64,000 bases of DNA from a virus. Taxonomy: Duplodnaviria; Heunggongvirae; Uroviricota; Caudoviricetes. The translations under genes and the position numbers were made by a program. Location: IMG/VR virus record IMGVR_UViG_3300022918_000010. One strand, given 5' to 3'. How positions within the stretch are numbered: the stretch's first letter is position 1; every line of letters begins with the position of its first letter. Under the pieces are notes generated by a model. The model had not been told where the DNA came from. It saw only the letters and a program-made list of their open reading frames with translations, and made no database searches. Below are positions 9,671 to 18,765 of the stretch, one piece after another.

Positions 9671-9896
9671 TAATATAGGTAAATTTTATTACTGTAGAGA
9701 AGATCCACATATATTGTTCTTTAGATGTGATGCTATATCTAGGAATTCACAATCAATGCTTTCATATTTTATTATAAATAGAGAAGGTAAGTTATCTACT
9801 GATGGGTATGCAATGAGTGGTGTATATGAAGAAGTAACAATGTCACAAATATTAGATTATTATTTTGATGGTGAATTACCACCATGGTGGGCTTAA
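9660..9896 (+). CDS. hypothetical protein
   Basis: ORF track. Confidence 0.45.
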   Translation: MQTSNIGKFYYCREDPHILFFRCDAISRNSQSMLSYFIINREGKLSTDGYAMSGVYEEVTMSQILDYYFDGELPPWWA

Positions 9897-10198
9897 ATTT
9901 AAAAATTATGTGGGAAAAATTAAAACAACAATGGGGTATACAAAAGAAGTATACTAAAGCTGAATTAGATGTAATTGTAAAAGCAGCTGTTAATGGTACT
10001 ATAGAGGGTACTATTAAATATCTAGAATCAGATAATTTAAAAGCAGTATTTATTAAAAGTGGAAAAGATGTTCCAGGATGTGAGATCGTTCCTACTGGAG
10101 AACATCCAATATTCTTTATAAAAAGAGCTCTAGATGAACAAGGTATTGAATTTACCTTTGATGAAACAGATTTATATGAGTCTGAAGAAGATAAATAG
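9884..10198 (+). CDS. hypothetical protein
   Basis: ORF track. Confidence 0.5.
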   Translation: MVGLNLKIMWEKLKQQWGIQKKYTKAELDVIVKAAVNGTIEGTIKYLESDNLKAVFIKSGKDVPGCEIVPTGEHPIFFIKRALDEQGIEFTFDETDLYESEEDK

Positions 10199-10211
10199 TT
10201 TAAATCAAGTA

Positions 10212-10364
10212 ATGGATTTACTTGATAATGAGAAAGCTAGTTTTTATTCAGGTAGTGATAAAGAAATGGATAATATCTCTAAAGAAGATATTAGAAAGAT
10301 GAAAACTGATGATGTAAGAAACCTAGTAAAAATAGGTCTAATAGTAAGAATAAGCAGACATTAA
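10212..10364 (+). CDS. hypothetical small protein
   Basis: track ORF 10134-10364 trimmed to the first ATG after the upstream stop. Confidence 0.35.
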   Translation: MDLLDNEKASFYSGSDKEMDNISKEDIRKMKTDDVRNLVKIGLIVRISRH

Positions 10365-10365
10365 T

Positions 10366-10545
10366 ATGAATCTAATTAAAGTAATTTTGGCAATTGTAAT
10401 AATATCTTTTGGTATTATACATATTAGTCAACCATCTAACCTTGAAGTATATATAGGTGTAGGTGAAGTAATAATAGCAATGGTGTTATTATATGGTCCA
10501 ATTAAACAATTAATCAAAAACTTAAACAATGAACAACTTTGATCA
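10366..10545 (+). CDS. small 2-TM membrane protein (59 aa), possible SPFH partner
   Basis: unlisted ORF MNLIKVILAIVIISFGIIH...; its 3' end overlaps the SPFH gene start. Confidence 0.45.
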
Positions 10546-11407
10546 AAAGGAATCAGGTATTCCACAACCAGCTAGAACAATTGTAAAGATTCTAGTACCT
10601 CTTATTATTGCAATTATTATATTAGCAGTACAACCATTTACTTATGAGAATGTCGATGCTGGAAATGTAGGGATTAAATTAAATCTTTATGGAACAAATA
10701 GAGGTGTAGATAAGATCACTATTGTTTCAGGAAGAGTGTGGTATAATACCTGGACTACACGTATTGTGGAATTTCCTACATTCATACAAAATGTAGATTA
10801 CAAACCATTTGCAATTAATACTGTAGATGCTGCTAAATTTAATATTGATACAAAAATGCAATATAGAGTATTGTCAGATTCTGTTCCTAGAATATATACA
10901 ACATTTAGATCTTCTCTACAGGAGATACAAGGTGAAGGTAGATATATTCAAACAGCAGTATATGATGCATTTAAGGCTATTGTACCTAAGTATACATCTG
11001 ACTCATTGATGGCTAAAAGATCTCAATTTGAAAGTGAAGTTGAAGTTGTATTAAAGGAAAAACTTGGTTCCAGAGGTATATATTTAGAACAATTGACATC
11101 TAATATAGATCCACCTAGATCAATGGCTGATGCAATTGAGGCTAAGAATGCTAGTATACAAGCTAGATTTAAAGCTGAGAATCAAGCTAAACAAGCTGTT
11201 GCAGAAGCTACAGTAATTAAAGCTAAAGCAGAAGGTGAAGCAGCTGCTACTATTGTTAGAGCTAAAGCAGAATCTGAAGCTAATAGATTAAAACAAGCTA
11301 CACTTACCCCATTATTAGTTGAGATGGAAAGAATACGCCGATGGGATGGTACATATCCAACTACAGTAGCTGGTGCTGGTACTAACTTTTTAATGCAGTT
11401 AAAATAA
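10529..11407 (+). CDS. SPFH/band-7 (HflC/prohibitin-like) domain membrane protein
   Basis: N-terminal TM; VDAGNVGI...G core; C-terminal Ala/Glu/Lys-rich helix AKAEGEAAATIVRAKAESEA typical of HflK/C. Confidence 0.6.
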   Translation: MNNFDQKESGIPQPARTIVKILVPLIIAIIILAVQPFTYENVDAGNVGIKLNLYGTNRGVDKITIVSGRVWYNTWTTRIVEFPTFIQNVDYKPFAINTVDAAKFNIDTKMQYRVLSDSVPRIYTTFRSSLQEIQGEGRYIQTAVYDAFKAIVPKYTSDSLMAKRSQFESEVEVVLKEKLGSRGIYLEQLTSNIDPPRSMADAIEAKNASIQARFKAENQAKQAVAEATVIKAKAEGEAAATIVRAKAESEANRLKQATLTPLLVEMERIRRWDGTYPTTVAGAGTNFLMQLK

Positions 11408-11416
11408 TTAAACGTA

Positions 11417-11446
11417 AACCTGGGGAGTTGTAAAACAAACCAGGTT
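11417..11446 (+). other. hairpin AACCTGG-loop-CCAGGTT
   Basis: 7-bp inverted repeat in the gap between the SPFH and ATPase genes; no T-run. Confidence 0.3.
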
Positions 11447-11461
11447 AATTAAACTAAAAAC

Positions 11462-12490
11462 ATGGATCAAAAATATTTTAAATCAGGAAATAATTATTTC
11501 CTACGTGAAGTAAGTAATGTAGAAGACCCTCTACAAGTAGCACTATATGTGTTACAATTCTCTCCTAAAGAAGGATTTTATTTAGAGAAATCAGCAGAAG
11601 ATTTTCATGTAAATCATAAAATATATGGTAAAGATGAAAAAGCATTTACAGAACGTGTAAAGAAAACATTTAATGCTACCAAAGATAATCTTGGTGTATT
11701 ATTAAATGGAGTAAAAGGTACTGGCAAGTCAGTTCAATTAAAATTAATAGCTAATCATCTTGAGTTACCTATTATTATTATTCCACAAGCTTATGAAGGT
11801 GTAGCAGATTATATTAGTAAAATACCTTATTCAGTTACTCTTGTATTTGATGAGTTTGAAAAAATGTATCCTGCTAACTATAATAACAATGCTGATATAC
11901 TTACAGTAATGGAAGGTGTACTTGCAAATCAATATAGAAGAGTATTCTTATTGACAACAAATAGCACTTATATTAATGATAATCTTCTAGAAAGACCAGG
12001 AAGAATTAGATATCATAGGACTTATGAAGATCTTCCTTTAGAGACAATAGAGGAGATTGTAGATGATCTACTTGAATATAAAGATCTTAGAACTGCTACA
12101 ATTGATTTCTTATCGACTCTTAAAACTATTACTATTGATATAGTAAAGAAAATTGTTGAAGAGGTTAATATCCATAATGAAGACCCTAAAATCTTTGGTA
12201 AATATTTTAATATCAAAAAAGATAGTAAAAAATATGATGTATTAATCATTAATGAGAATGGTACTGAAAAAGTATGGTTTGAAGATGTAGCTTTACCTGT
12301 TTTTGATCCTAAAAAGCCAATTAAAGATCTTAGAGTAAATGGTGAATGGGAAGCTAAAATTATTAGTATTCTTTCTCCAACTATGTTAATTGTTGATGAA
12401 CAGCTAAATGAAAATAATGAACCAGAAGTTCATATTAAGATTAAAATTGTAGATAGAGATAATCTACATAAATCATTTAGAGTTTTCTAG
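11462..12490 (+). CDS. AAA-type ATPase
   Basis: Walker A GVKGTGKS, Walker B LVFDEFEKM, sensor-1 LLTTN. Confidence 0.6.
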   Translation: MDQKYFKSGNNYFLREVSNVEDPLQVALYVLQFSPKEGFYLEKSAEDFHVNHKIYGKDEKAFTERVKKTFNATKDNLGVLLNGVKGTGKSVQLKLIANHLELPIIIIPQAYEGVADYISKIPYSVTLVFDEFEKMYPANYNNNADILTVMEGVLANQYRRVFLLTTNSTYINDNLLERPGRIRYHRTYEDLPLETIEEIVDDLLEYKDLRTATIDFLSTLKTITIDIVKKIVEEVNIHNEDPKIFGKYFNIKKDSKKYDVLIINENGTEKVWFEDVALPVFDPKKPIKDLRVNGEWEAKIISILSPTMLIVDEQLNENNEPEVHIKIKIVDRDNLHKSFRVF

Positions 12491-12521
12491 TCTAGTATCT
12501 TCAAAGGATACAATCGTAAGA

Positions 12522-12529
12522 TAGATTTG
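12522..12529 (+). promoter_or_regulatory. TAGATTTG match to Bacteroidota -7 promoter consensus TAnnTTTG
   Basis: exact consensus match in the gap upstream of the first family-C array. Confidence 0.35.
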
Positions 12530-12565
12530 ATGACATGGGAGCAATCCCATGTAAAAACCATAGAT

Positions 12566-12841
12566 ATGAAAACAAAGTATGAAGTAGGAGATATGGCTAT
12601 TATTGTTAGGTATGATAAATATAAAGGAGATAAGTCACAGAATAATATAGGTGAATTGGTTTGTATAACTACAGCTGGAAGCTTGACAAGAGCTCCTCAA
12701 GTTCTTATAGCTGATGATAGAATATTTACACAAGATTCTGTATTTACTTGTGATGTAAATGAACTTTTTCCTATAGAAAAATACATAGAAGTAATAGATA
12801 TGAATTTAGATAAGTTAATAGATAAGTATGGCAAAAGATAA
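12566..12841 (+). CDS. small protein, paralog family C (C-terminus NLDKLIDKYGKR)
   Basis: track ORF 12527 starts with TTG inside the promoter motif; start moved to MKTKYEVGDMAIIV, which fits the family N-terminus. Confidence 0.5.
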   Translation: MKTKYEVGDMAIIVRYDKYKGDKSQNNIGELVCITTAGSLTRAPQVLIADDRIFTQDSVFTCDVNELFPIEKYIEVIDMNLDKLIDKYGKR

Positions 12842-13169
12842 TACAATATTTCAACAAGGTAAATACTATATTATTACAGAATTCAAAAAAGGATATGGTA
12901 AATCTTTTAGTAATATATTTAAAGATCACATATATATATCTAGAAAAAGTGACAATGGATATTTATTTCCAAGACTTGATAGTCTTGGTAGAATAAATTC
13001 TGGTATTCACACTAACTATATAGAAAGTTATAGAGAAGCAACTAAAGAAGAAATAATTAGATATAGAAAGCTAAAGAAACCTTTTGATATTAATGATAAA
13101 TCATATATAATAGATGATATTAATATGTATTTAGATATATTAGAATTAAAATTTAAAGAAGATGAATAA
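12828..13169 (+). CDS. small protein, paralog family C
   Basis: LLKKPFD and YLDILELKF motifs shared with 13162. Confidence 0.6.
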   Translation: MAKDNTIFQQGKYYIITEFKKGYGKSFSNIFKDHIYISRKSDNGYLFPRLDSLGRINSGIHTNYIESYREATKEEIIRYRKLKKPFDINDKSYIIDDINMYLDILELKFKEDE

Positions 13170-13497
13170 TAGATTTAGTCAAGGACAATGTATAGTAATA
13201 ACTAAATTAAATACTAGTTATATATCTTCTAAAGATCAGTATTTGAAAGTTAATCATGTATATAAACAAAGAAAAAATTATAACTGTTTATTACCTATGT
13301 TAGATAGTAATGGTAAAGAAAATACACGTGTACATTTTATAAACCCAGCTAATAATTATGATAATGAATGTAGAGCAGCTACCCCAACAGAAGCTGCTAG
13401 ATATAAGTTACTAAAGAAACCATTTGATGTTTATAATAATGCTTATTTAATAGAAAAGATGTTTGATGATTTAGATAAATTAGAGAAGAAATTGTAA
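13162..13497 (+). CDS. small protein, paralog family C
   Basis: paralog of 12828 (LLKKPFD...DLDKLEKKL). Confidence 0.6.
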   Translation: MNNRFSQGQCIVITKLNTSYISSKDQYLKVNHVYKQRKNYNCLLPMLDSNGKENTRVHFINPANNYDNECRAATPTEAARYKLLKKPFDVYNNAYLIEKMFDDLDKLEKKL

Positions 13498-13844
13498 TGT
13501 TTAAAAGAGGAGAAAGAGTAGTATTAAAGAAATGTGATATAGAAGGTTATAGATTTAACTTTGAATATAACTTATCTAATGATCCTAACACTATAATAGA
13601 TGAATCTGATGATATTTATAATTCACAATATGGTGAAATAGCTAAAGATTGGATAAAAGATAATTCTACTATAGGAGTAAATTGGTATAATTCTAAAGAA
13701 GAAATTATAAATACTAAAGATCCACTTAATATGTATGTTATCGAGTCTAATGGTAATTTAGTAGAAATTGAACATATACAACTGTATTCTATAGATAAAA
13801 TTATTAGTGATTTAGATACATTAGAAAATGGACTTAAAGATTAA
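13497..13844 (+). CDS. small protein, paralog family C
   Basis: MFKRGERVVL ... LDTLENGLKD. Confidence 0.6.
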   Translation: MFKRGERVVLKKCDIEGYRFNFEYNLSNDPNTIIDESDDIYNSQYGEIAKDWIKDNSTIGVNWYNSKEEIINTKDPLNMYVIESNGNLVEIEHIQLYSIDKIISDLDTLENGLKD

Positions 13845-14157
13845 AAAAGGTGATAAACTAAAATTAGTCAAGACTTTAAATTCTAGATATTTTTATCCAG
13901 ATGGAAGATTAAAATTTACTGAATTGATAGATTATCAATATTTTGAAGTTGATAAACATAAACCTTATCCAGATAAAATTAATTGTTCATTTTGTGAAGG
14001 TGAATTTATATTAAAAGATGGTTCTAGATCAAAAACTTATAATGTTAATTATAGAGAAAATAAGGATTTTGGTATTGAAGTAGAATTGTATGATTTAATA
14101 AAAATTGAAGATATAATAAGTAATTTGGATAAACTGGAAAGTAAATATAATGTTTAA
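13828..14157 (+). CDS. small protein, paralog family C
   Basis: KKGDKLKL ... NLDKLESKYNV. Confidence 0.6.
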   Translation: MDLKIKKGDKLKLVKTLNSRYFYPDGRLKFTELIDYQYFEVDKHKPYPDKINCSFCEGEFILKDGSRSKTYNVNYRENKDFGIEVELYDLIKIEDIISNLDKLESKYNV

Positions 14158-14467
14158 GGCTGGAGATAAAGTTAGGCTTATAGTTGATAAAGATAGTAGA
14201 TATTTTAACGAAGATTTAAGTCATGTACATGAAAATTTAATAGGTTATAAGTATGGGATATTAAAGGATAATTTAACTTATATATATGAGGACCCTGGTA
14301 CTGAAAAATTTTATGTTAATTGGTTAGAAATAGGTGGAAACTTTACTAGTGATTGGGGTATATATGATGGATCAAATAAGAAACACAAGTGTGAAATAGA
14401 GTTTTATCAATATGATATAAATAGAATAGTTAAGAATTTAGAGATATTAGAAAGTAAATATGAGTGA
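14150..14467 (+). CDS. small protein, paralog family C
   Basis: MFKAGDKVRL ... NLEILESKYE. Confidence 0.6.
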   Translation: MFKAGDKVRLIVDKDSRYFNEDLSHVHENLIGYKYGILKDNLTYIYEDPGTEKFYVNWLEIGGNFTSDWGIYDGSNKKHKCEIEFYQYDINRIVKNLEILESKYE

Positions 14468-14960
14468 ATTTAAAATAGGAGATATAGTAGTCTCACTTAT
14501 AGATCAAGAATCATCTACTAATCAAGAACCTGTTTCCATAAGAGAAGGTTATGTAGGTGAAAATATATCACCATTAGATAATCAAGTAGTATTCTTTGAT
14601 CAAACAGTGCCTGGAAAAGGATGTTATAAATCAGAGAACTTTAGATTAGCTACTGATGATGAGAAAGAACAGTTTTTGAAAGGAAGAAAAATAGTAGAAC
14701 CTGAATCACCTTTTGAGGAAGGTGATATAATAATAGTGGATACTAATGAGATAATATCAATTGATAAAAAAAATACTCTCAAAAGAGGTGTTATGGGTCA
14801 AATTGATGGTATAGTTAAAACTAAAGACATTAGTAAATCTATGTTTTATTTTGCTTCTACATTATTTGATCAACCACATACTATAGACGGGTATTATAGA
14901 TTGACAGATAAGTTTAGATTAGCTACACAAGAAGAAATTGATAATGAATCAAAACTCTAA
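14460..14960 (+). CDS. two-module family-C-related protein with FRLAT(D/Q)EE motifs
   Basis: two internal repeats, each starting FKIGD and ending FRLATxEE. Confidence 0.55.
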   Translation: MSEFKIGDIVVSLIDQESSTNQEPVSIREGYVGENISPLDNQVVFFDQTVPGKGCYKSENFRLATDDEKEQFLKGRKIVEPESPFEEGDIIIVDTNEIISIDKKNTLKRGVMGQIDGIVKTKDISKSMFYFASTLFDQPHTIDGYYRLTDKFRLATQEEIDNESKL

Positions 14961-15420
14961 ATTTGTAAATAATACTATCATAGTAGCATTGCTAGATATG
15001 AATAGTGTTGATGGTAATGAAAGTATAAAAGAAGGAACTGTAGATAGAGTATCAATATCTGGTAGCAGTGGTAAGTTTAGCTGTGATTGGGTTATTGGAT
15101 TTATAGATAGAAGAGCAACAGAAAGCTACTATAAAGCTGATAAAGAGATCTATTTTAGGTTAGCTACAGAAAGTGAAATTGAAGAGTTTAATAAAAAAGG
15201 AAGATATACAATAGATCAACCTAAATTTAAGATAGGTGATAAAATAGTAGCATTAGATGATATTACTACTACTGAAGATGAGTACTCAGTTAAGAAGGGA
15301 GAAGAAAGAACTATAGAAGATATAATTGTTAATAAAAAAGATATTAATAAATCTATATTTTGGTTTCCTGGACATAAAGGAGTATTTACAATGGAAGATA
15401 ATTTTAAATTAAAAGATTAA
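14938..15420 (+). CDS. two-module family-C-related protein (paralog of 14460)
   Basis: YFRLATESEIEEF and KFKIGDKIVAL repeats. Confidence 0.55.
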   Translation: MIMNQNSKFVNNTIIVALLDMNSVDGNESIKEGTVDRVSISGSSGKFSCDWVIGFIDRRATESYYKADKEIYFRLATESEIEEFNKKGRYTIDQPKFKIGDKIVALDDITTTEDEYSVKKGEERTIEDIIVNKKDINKSIFWFPGHKGVFTMEDNFKLKD

Positions 15421-15423
15421 ACA

Positions 15424-15825
15424 ATGACTGAAGAATTAAAAAATGCAGTAAAAAGAGAAGCTGCTCTATTAAGAGCAAATGCTACTCAAGAACAACTAGA
15501 TAAAATTAATCTAGATGATCTTAATGGATTATCAGCAGAATATTGTATATATGGACAGCTTACTGGATCATGTTATAATGATGAAGCTAGAGATCTATTT
15601 GCTAAATGTGCTATACCATATAGAAGAGGTATATATAGTGATTTTAATGAGGGTTCACCAGAACCAGCTGAAGCTACAGCAACATGTTTTGATGAAGCTG
15701 GAGAAGCTAGAAAACAGGGTAATCACTCGGCTATTGAGTATTATATATCTTTACCAGAGAATGAGTATAAATTACAAGGATTAGTAGATTTCTTACAAAA
15801 TAAAACAAATAAATTAATTTTATAA
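15424..15825 (+). CDS. hypothetical protein
   Basis: ORF track. Confidence 0.5.
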   Translation: MTEELKNAVKREAALLRANATQEQLDKINLDDLNGLSAEYCIYGQLTGSCYNDEARDLFAKCAIPYRRGIYSDFNEGSPEPAEATATCFDEAGEARKQGNHSAIEYYISLPENEYKLQGLVDFLQNKTNKLIL

Positions 15826-15837
15826 TTAAAAATAAGT

Positions 15838-16062
15838 ATGACAATAGCAGAACAAGCAACAGCTCAAGAAAGAAGAGAATTATTACAAAGAATGATTAAC
15901 TTAAACAAAGTAGAACCTGTAGATAGAAGTATCTATACTAAATCTGAACAGGATAAAGCTAAGTTGTTTAAACTTAAAAAGGAGTGGCAGGTGAAGATTG
16001 ATAATGGTTATCTAATCAATACAGTTATTCATTCTGGAGCATATACTGCAATCGCTGAATAA
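15838..16062 (+). CDS. hypothetical protein
   Basis: ORF track. Confidence 0.45.
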   Translation: MTIAEQATAQERRELLQRMINLNKVEPVDRSIYTKSEQDKAKLFKLKKEWQVKIDNGYLINTVIHSGAYTAIAE

Positions 16063-16508
16063 TGAAAAGATCAGTTGTATTAATAGTAATGGATACTCAA
16101 AGTAGAGTGTTATTACTAAAAAGACCAGAGCATCATACTTATGGATCAGAATGGTGTTTCCCTGGTGGAAAAGTAGATTACATAGTTGATGATGTTAAAT
16201 ATCAGATATATGGTACTGATTCACATGGTACTATTAAACGTTTTGAAACAGATGATGAAGCTTGTGTAAGAGAATGTATTGAAGAAACTGGTTACGTACC
16301 AGCTGTAATACAAGATACATTAGTAACTGCTAGTGATGGAAAATATTTAGTTAAAGTATTTGTATCCCACGAACGTATAGAAGAAAATGAAGTAACAAAG
16401 AAATTTCCTAACAGAGAACATACTGAGTATAGATTCTTTGCTTTGAATGAATTACCTGAAGATATAGGTAAATTAACTAATAAAATTTTAAAACACGTAC
16501 AACTTTAA
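16062..16508 (+). CDS. Nudix-family hydrolase (probable)
   Basis: Nudix-box-like E-x7-RECIEETGY, preceded by PGGKVD. Confidence 0.5.
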   Translation: MKRSVVLIVMDTQSRVLLLKRPEHHTYGSEWCFPGGKVDYIVDDVKYQIYGTDSHGTIKRFETDDEACVRECIEETGYVPAVIQDTLVTASDGKYLVKVFVSHERIEENEVTKKFPNREHTEYRFFALNELPEDIGKLTNKILKHVQL

Positions 16509-16511
16509 AAC

Positions 16512-17675
16512 ATGGCTGAAACACAAGACGAAATTATTGAACAATTAGAAGCTAAGGTTCAAGAATATGAGAATTTATTAGAAGAGACTCTTTCTGATAA
16601 AAAAGGATTTGGTAAGATACTAGCAGGTCCTTTTGATCATGATGGTAAGAAGTATTATAGAGTTTCTATAGGAAGTGATATATCAATGGTATATGCTGCT
16701 GAAGTTAGTATGTTTGATGGATCTCCAATTGATCCAACTTTACCTGAAGAAACAGAAGTTATTGTTGTAGGTCAAACTATAGCATGTGTTGTTCCTGAAG
16801 AACTTAAAGTTATTATCGAACCACCAGTATTTGATCTTATTTCATGGTCTGATATAGGTGGATTTAAATCACAACTTCAAATTATCAGAGATGCTATCGA
16901 ACTTCCTATGGTAAATGCTAAGTTAGCAGAAGAATTGGGTGTTCAACCTATCTGTGGTATTCTTTTATATGGAGCTCCAGGTTGTGGTAAAACATATATA
17001 GCAAAAGCTATTGCATCTACAGTACTTGGTGCAACTAGAATTGATCCACAAGCTTTTCAGTATATGAAAGGTGGTGAGATGTTATCTATGTATGTTGGTA
17101 AAACTGAACAGGATATTAAGAATTCATTTGCACAATGTAGAGATTACACTAAACGTACTGGTAAAAAAGCTATTATGTTTATTGATGAAGCTGAAGCATT
17201 ACTTCCTACAAGAGGTAGCAGAAGATCATCTGATGTAGAAACTACTATTGTACCAACATTCTTAAGTGAGATGTCTGGTTTTGAAGGTAATAATCCAATT
17301 GTTATCTTAGCAACTAATAAAAAAGATGCTATTGATGAAGCCATCCTTAGAGAAGGTAGGATTGATATTAAAATTGAGATCAAACGTCCTACAGAGCCTG
17401 ATGCATTAGAGATCTTTGAGATTCATCTTAAGAAACTTAAAACTCATGATGCTGTTGCAGATTTGGCAGAATTTGCATCTTCATCTTTATTTGGATCACC
17501 TGCTGCTAAGAAAGTTAGTGGAGCTATGATAGAAGCTATCTGTAAAGATGCAATACGTAAAACCATGACTAGAGTAATAGCTACTCCAAAAACTAAGGAG
17601 AAAGGAATAACCTTAGATGATATGTCAAAAGCAATAACAGCAATAAATACATCATATGTCACTACAAAAGCGTAA
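16512..17675 (+). CDS. classic-clade AAA+ ATPase (CDC48/FtsH-type module)
   Basis: Walker A GAPGCGKT, Walker B IMFIDEAEAL, second region ILATNKKDAIDEAILREGRIDIKIEI. Confidence 0.75.
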   Translation: MAETQDEIIEQLEAKVQEYENLLEETLSDKKGFGKILAGPFDHDGKKYYRVSIGSDISMVYAAEVSMFDGSPIDPTLPEETEVIVVGQTIACVVPEELKVIIEPPVFDLISWSDIGGFKSQLQIIRDAIELPMVNAKLAEELGVQPICGILLYGAPGCGKTYIAKAIASTVLGATRIDPQAFQYMKGGEMLSMYVGKTEQDIKNSFAQCRDYTKRTGKKAIMFIDEAEALLPTRGSRRSSDVETTIVPTFLSEMSGFEGNNPIVILATNKKDAIDEAILREGRIDIKIEIKRPTEPDALEIFEIHLKKLKTHDAVADLAEFASSSLFGSPAAKKVSGAMIEAICKDAIRKTMTRVIATPKTKEKGITLDDMSKAITAINTSYVTTKA

Positions 17676-17928
17676 AGGTCAAGAATCTGATCAAGAACAG
17701 AGTGGTTTAGAATCTCTTAAAGAGAAGTTCTCTAAAGAGAAAGCTAAAGTTATAGATACTGAAATATCTCAAGAAGACAGACAAGTTAGATTAACTGTAA
17801 CTATGGATCAATTCTGTGGGTGTGGAGGAAAAGAAGATGTTGAAGTTACAAGAACTGTTCCATGGGATTCTCCATTAAATGATGGAGATAAAGTGGAAGG
17901 TTTTCATGACTCTGACGAAATACATTAG
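17656..17928 (+). CDS. hypothetical acidic protein
   Basis: ORF track; CGCGG pair. Confidence 0.45.
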   Translation: MSLQKRKGQESDQEQSGLESLKEKFSKEKAKVIDTEISQEDRQVRLTVTMDQFCGCGGKEDVEVTRTVPWDSPLNDGDKVEGFHDSDEIH

Positions 17929-17935
17929 TAAGATA

Positions 17936-17960
17936 GGGGACTCAAAAGGTCCCCTTTTTA
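17936..17960 (+). terminator. rho-independent terminator
   Basis: GGGGAC-loop-GTCCCC followed by TTTTTAATTTT. Confidence 0.7.
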
Positions 17961-17970
17961 ATTTTACATT

Positions 17971-18231
17971 ATGATTCCAGGAGAAAAAAGACAATTAACA
18001 GATTTAGGAAGAGAACAATTTAAATTAATAAAATGGGATAGTATAGCTAATTCCAGATATGGAATTGTTGAAATAAATTCCTCTGATATAACTTGGTATA
18101 ATGATCTTAATCAAAATATAGGAAAAAGTGGATGCTGTAGAGATGGTTGGCATATTGAATGGGAAGAACCTTATACTATTGAGAAAATTGAAGAGAATTT
18201 AGATAAACTAATTAAGAAATGTTTAAGTTAA
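17971..18231 (+). CDS. small protein, paralog family C
   Basis: ...NLDKLIKKCLS; next ATG embedded. Confidence 0.6.
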   Translation: MIPGEKRQLTDLGREQFKLIKWDSIANSRYGIVEINSSDITWYNDLNQNIGKSGCCRDGWHIEWEEPYTIEKIEENLDKLIKKCLS

Positions 18232-18482
18232 ATGATAAAGTAACTCTTTCTGAAGAAGGTGTAAAAGTATTTGATGCTCCTAATGAAACTAATATTAGAA
18301 ATTCAGCTTATGGTATAATAACATATTATAGTGAATCTAATATAGATGTAATTTGGTATGATTATAATCATAATAAAATAAAAGTTACTGGATCTTATAA
18401 AGGTTGGATTCAACATTATATTATATATGATATTAACGAAATTGAGCAAAATTTAGATAAATTGATAGAAAAATATGTATAA
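18219..18482 (+). CDS. small protein, paralog family C
   Basis: MFKLNDKVTL...NLDKLIEKYV. Confidence 0.6.
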   Translation: MFKLNDKVTLSEEGVKVFDAPNETNIRNSAYGIITYYSESNIDVIWYDYNHNKIKVTGSYKGWIQHYIIYDINEIEQNLDKLIEKYV

Positions 18483-18765
18483 GAAAGGAGATAGAGTTGA
18501 ATTAACATATGAAGGTATAGAAGATTTAAATTCTATAAGTCGTACTGATATATTAACATCTCATTATGGTATTTGTCAAGATGATATTATTTCACTTAAT
18601 CCAAATTTTGGACCTCATGTACATTGGTATGATCAATATCATAATTATATATCTAATTCAGGAACAGATATTAGATGGATTAAGCACTTTAAAGAAGTTG
18701 AACCATATAATATCAGTAAAATAATGAATAATTTAGATAAACTTATTGAAAAATGTTTAAAGTAG
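18475..18765 (+). CDS. small protein, paralog family C
   Basis: MYKKGDRVEL...NLDKLIEKCLK. Confidence 0.6.
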   Translation: MYKKGDRVELTYEGIEDLNSISRTDILTSHYGICQDDIISLNPNFGPHVHWYDQYHNYISNSGTDIRWIKHFKEVEPYNISKIMNNLDKLIEKCLK

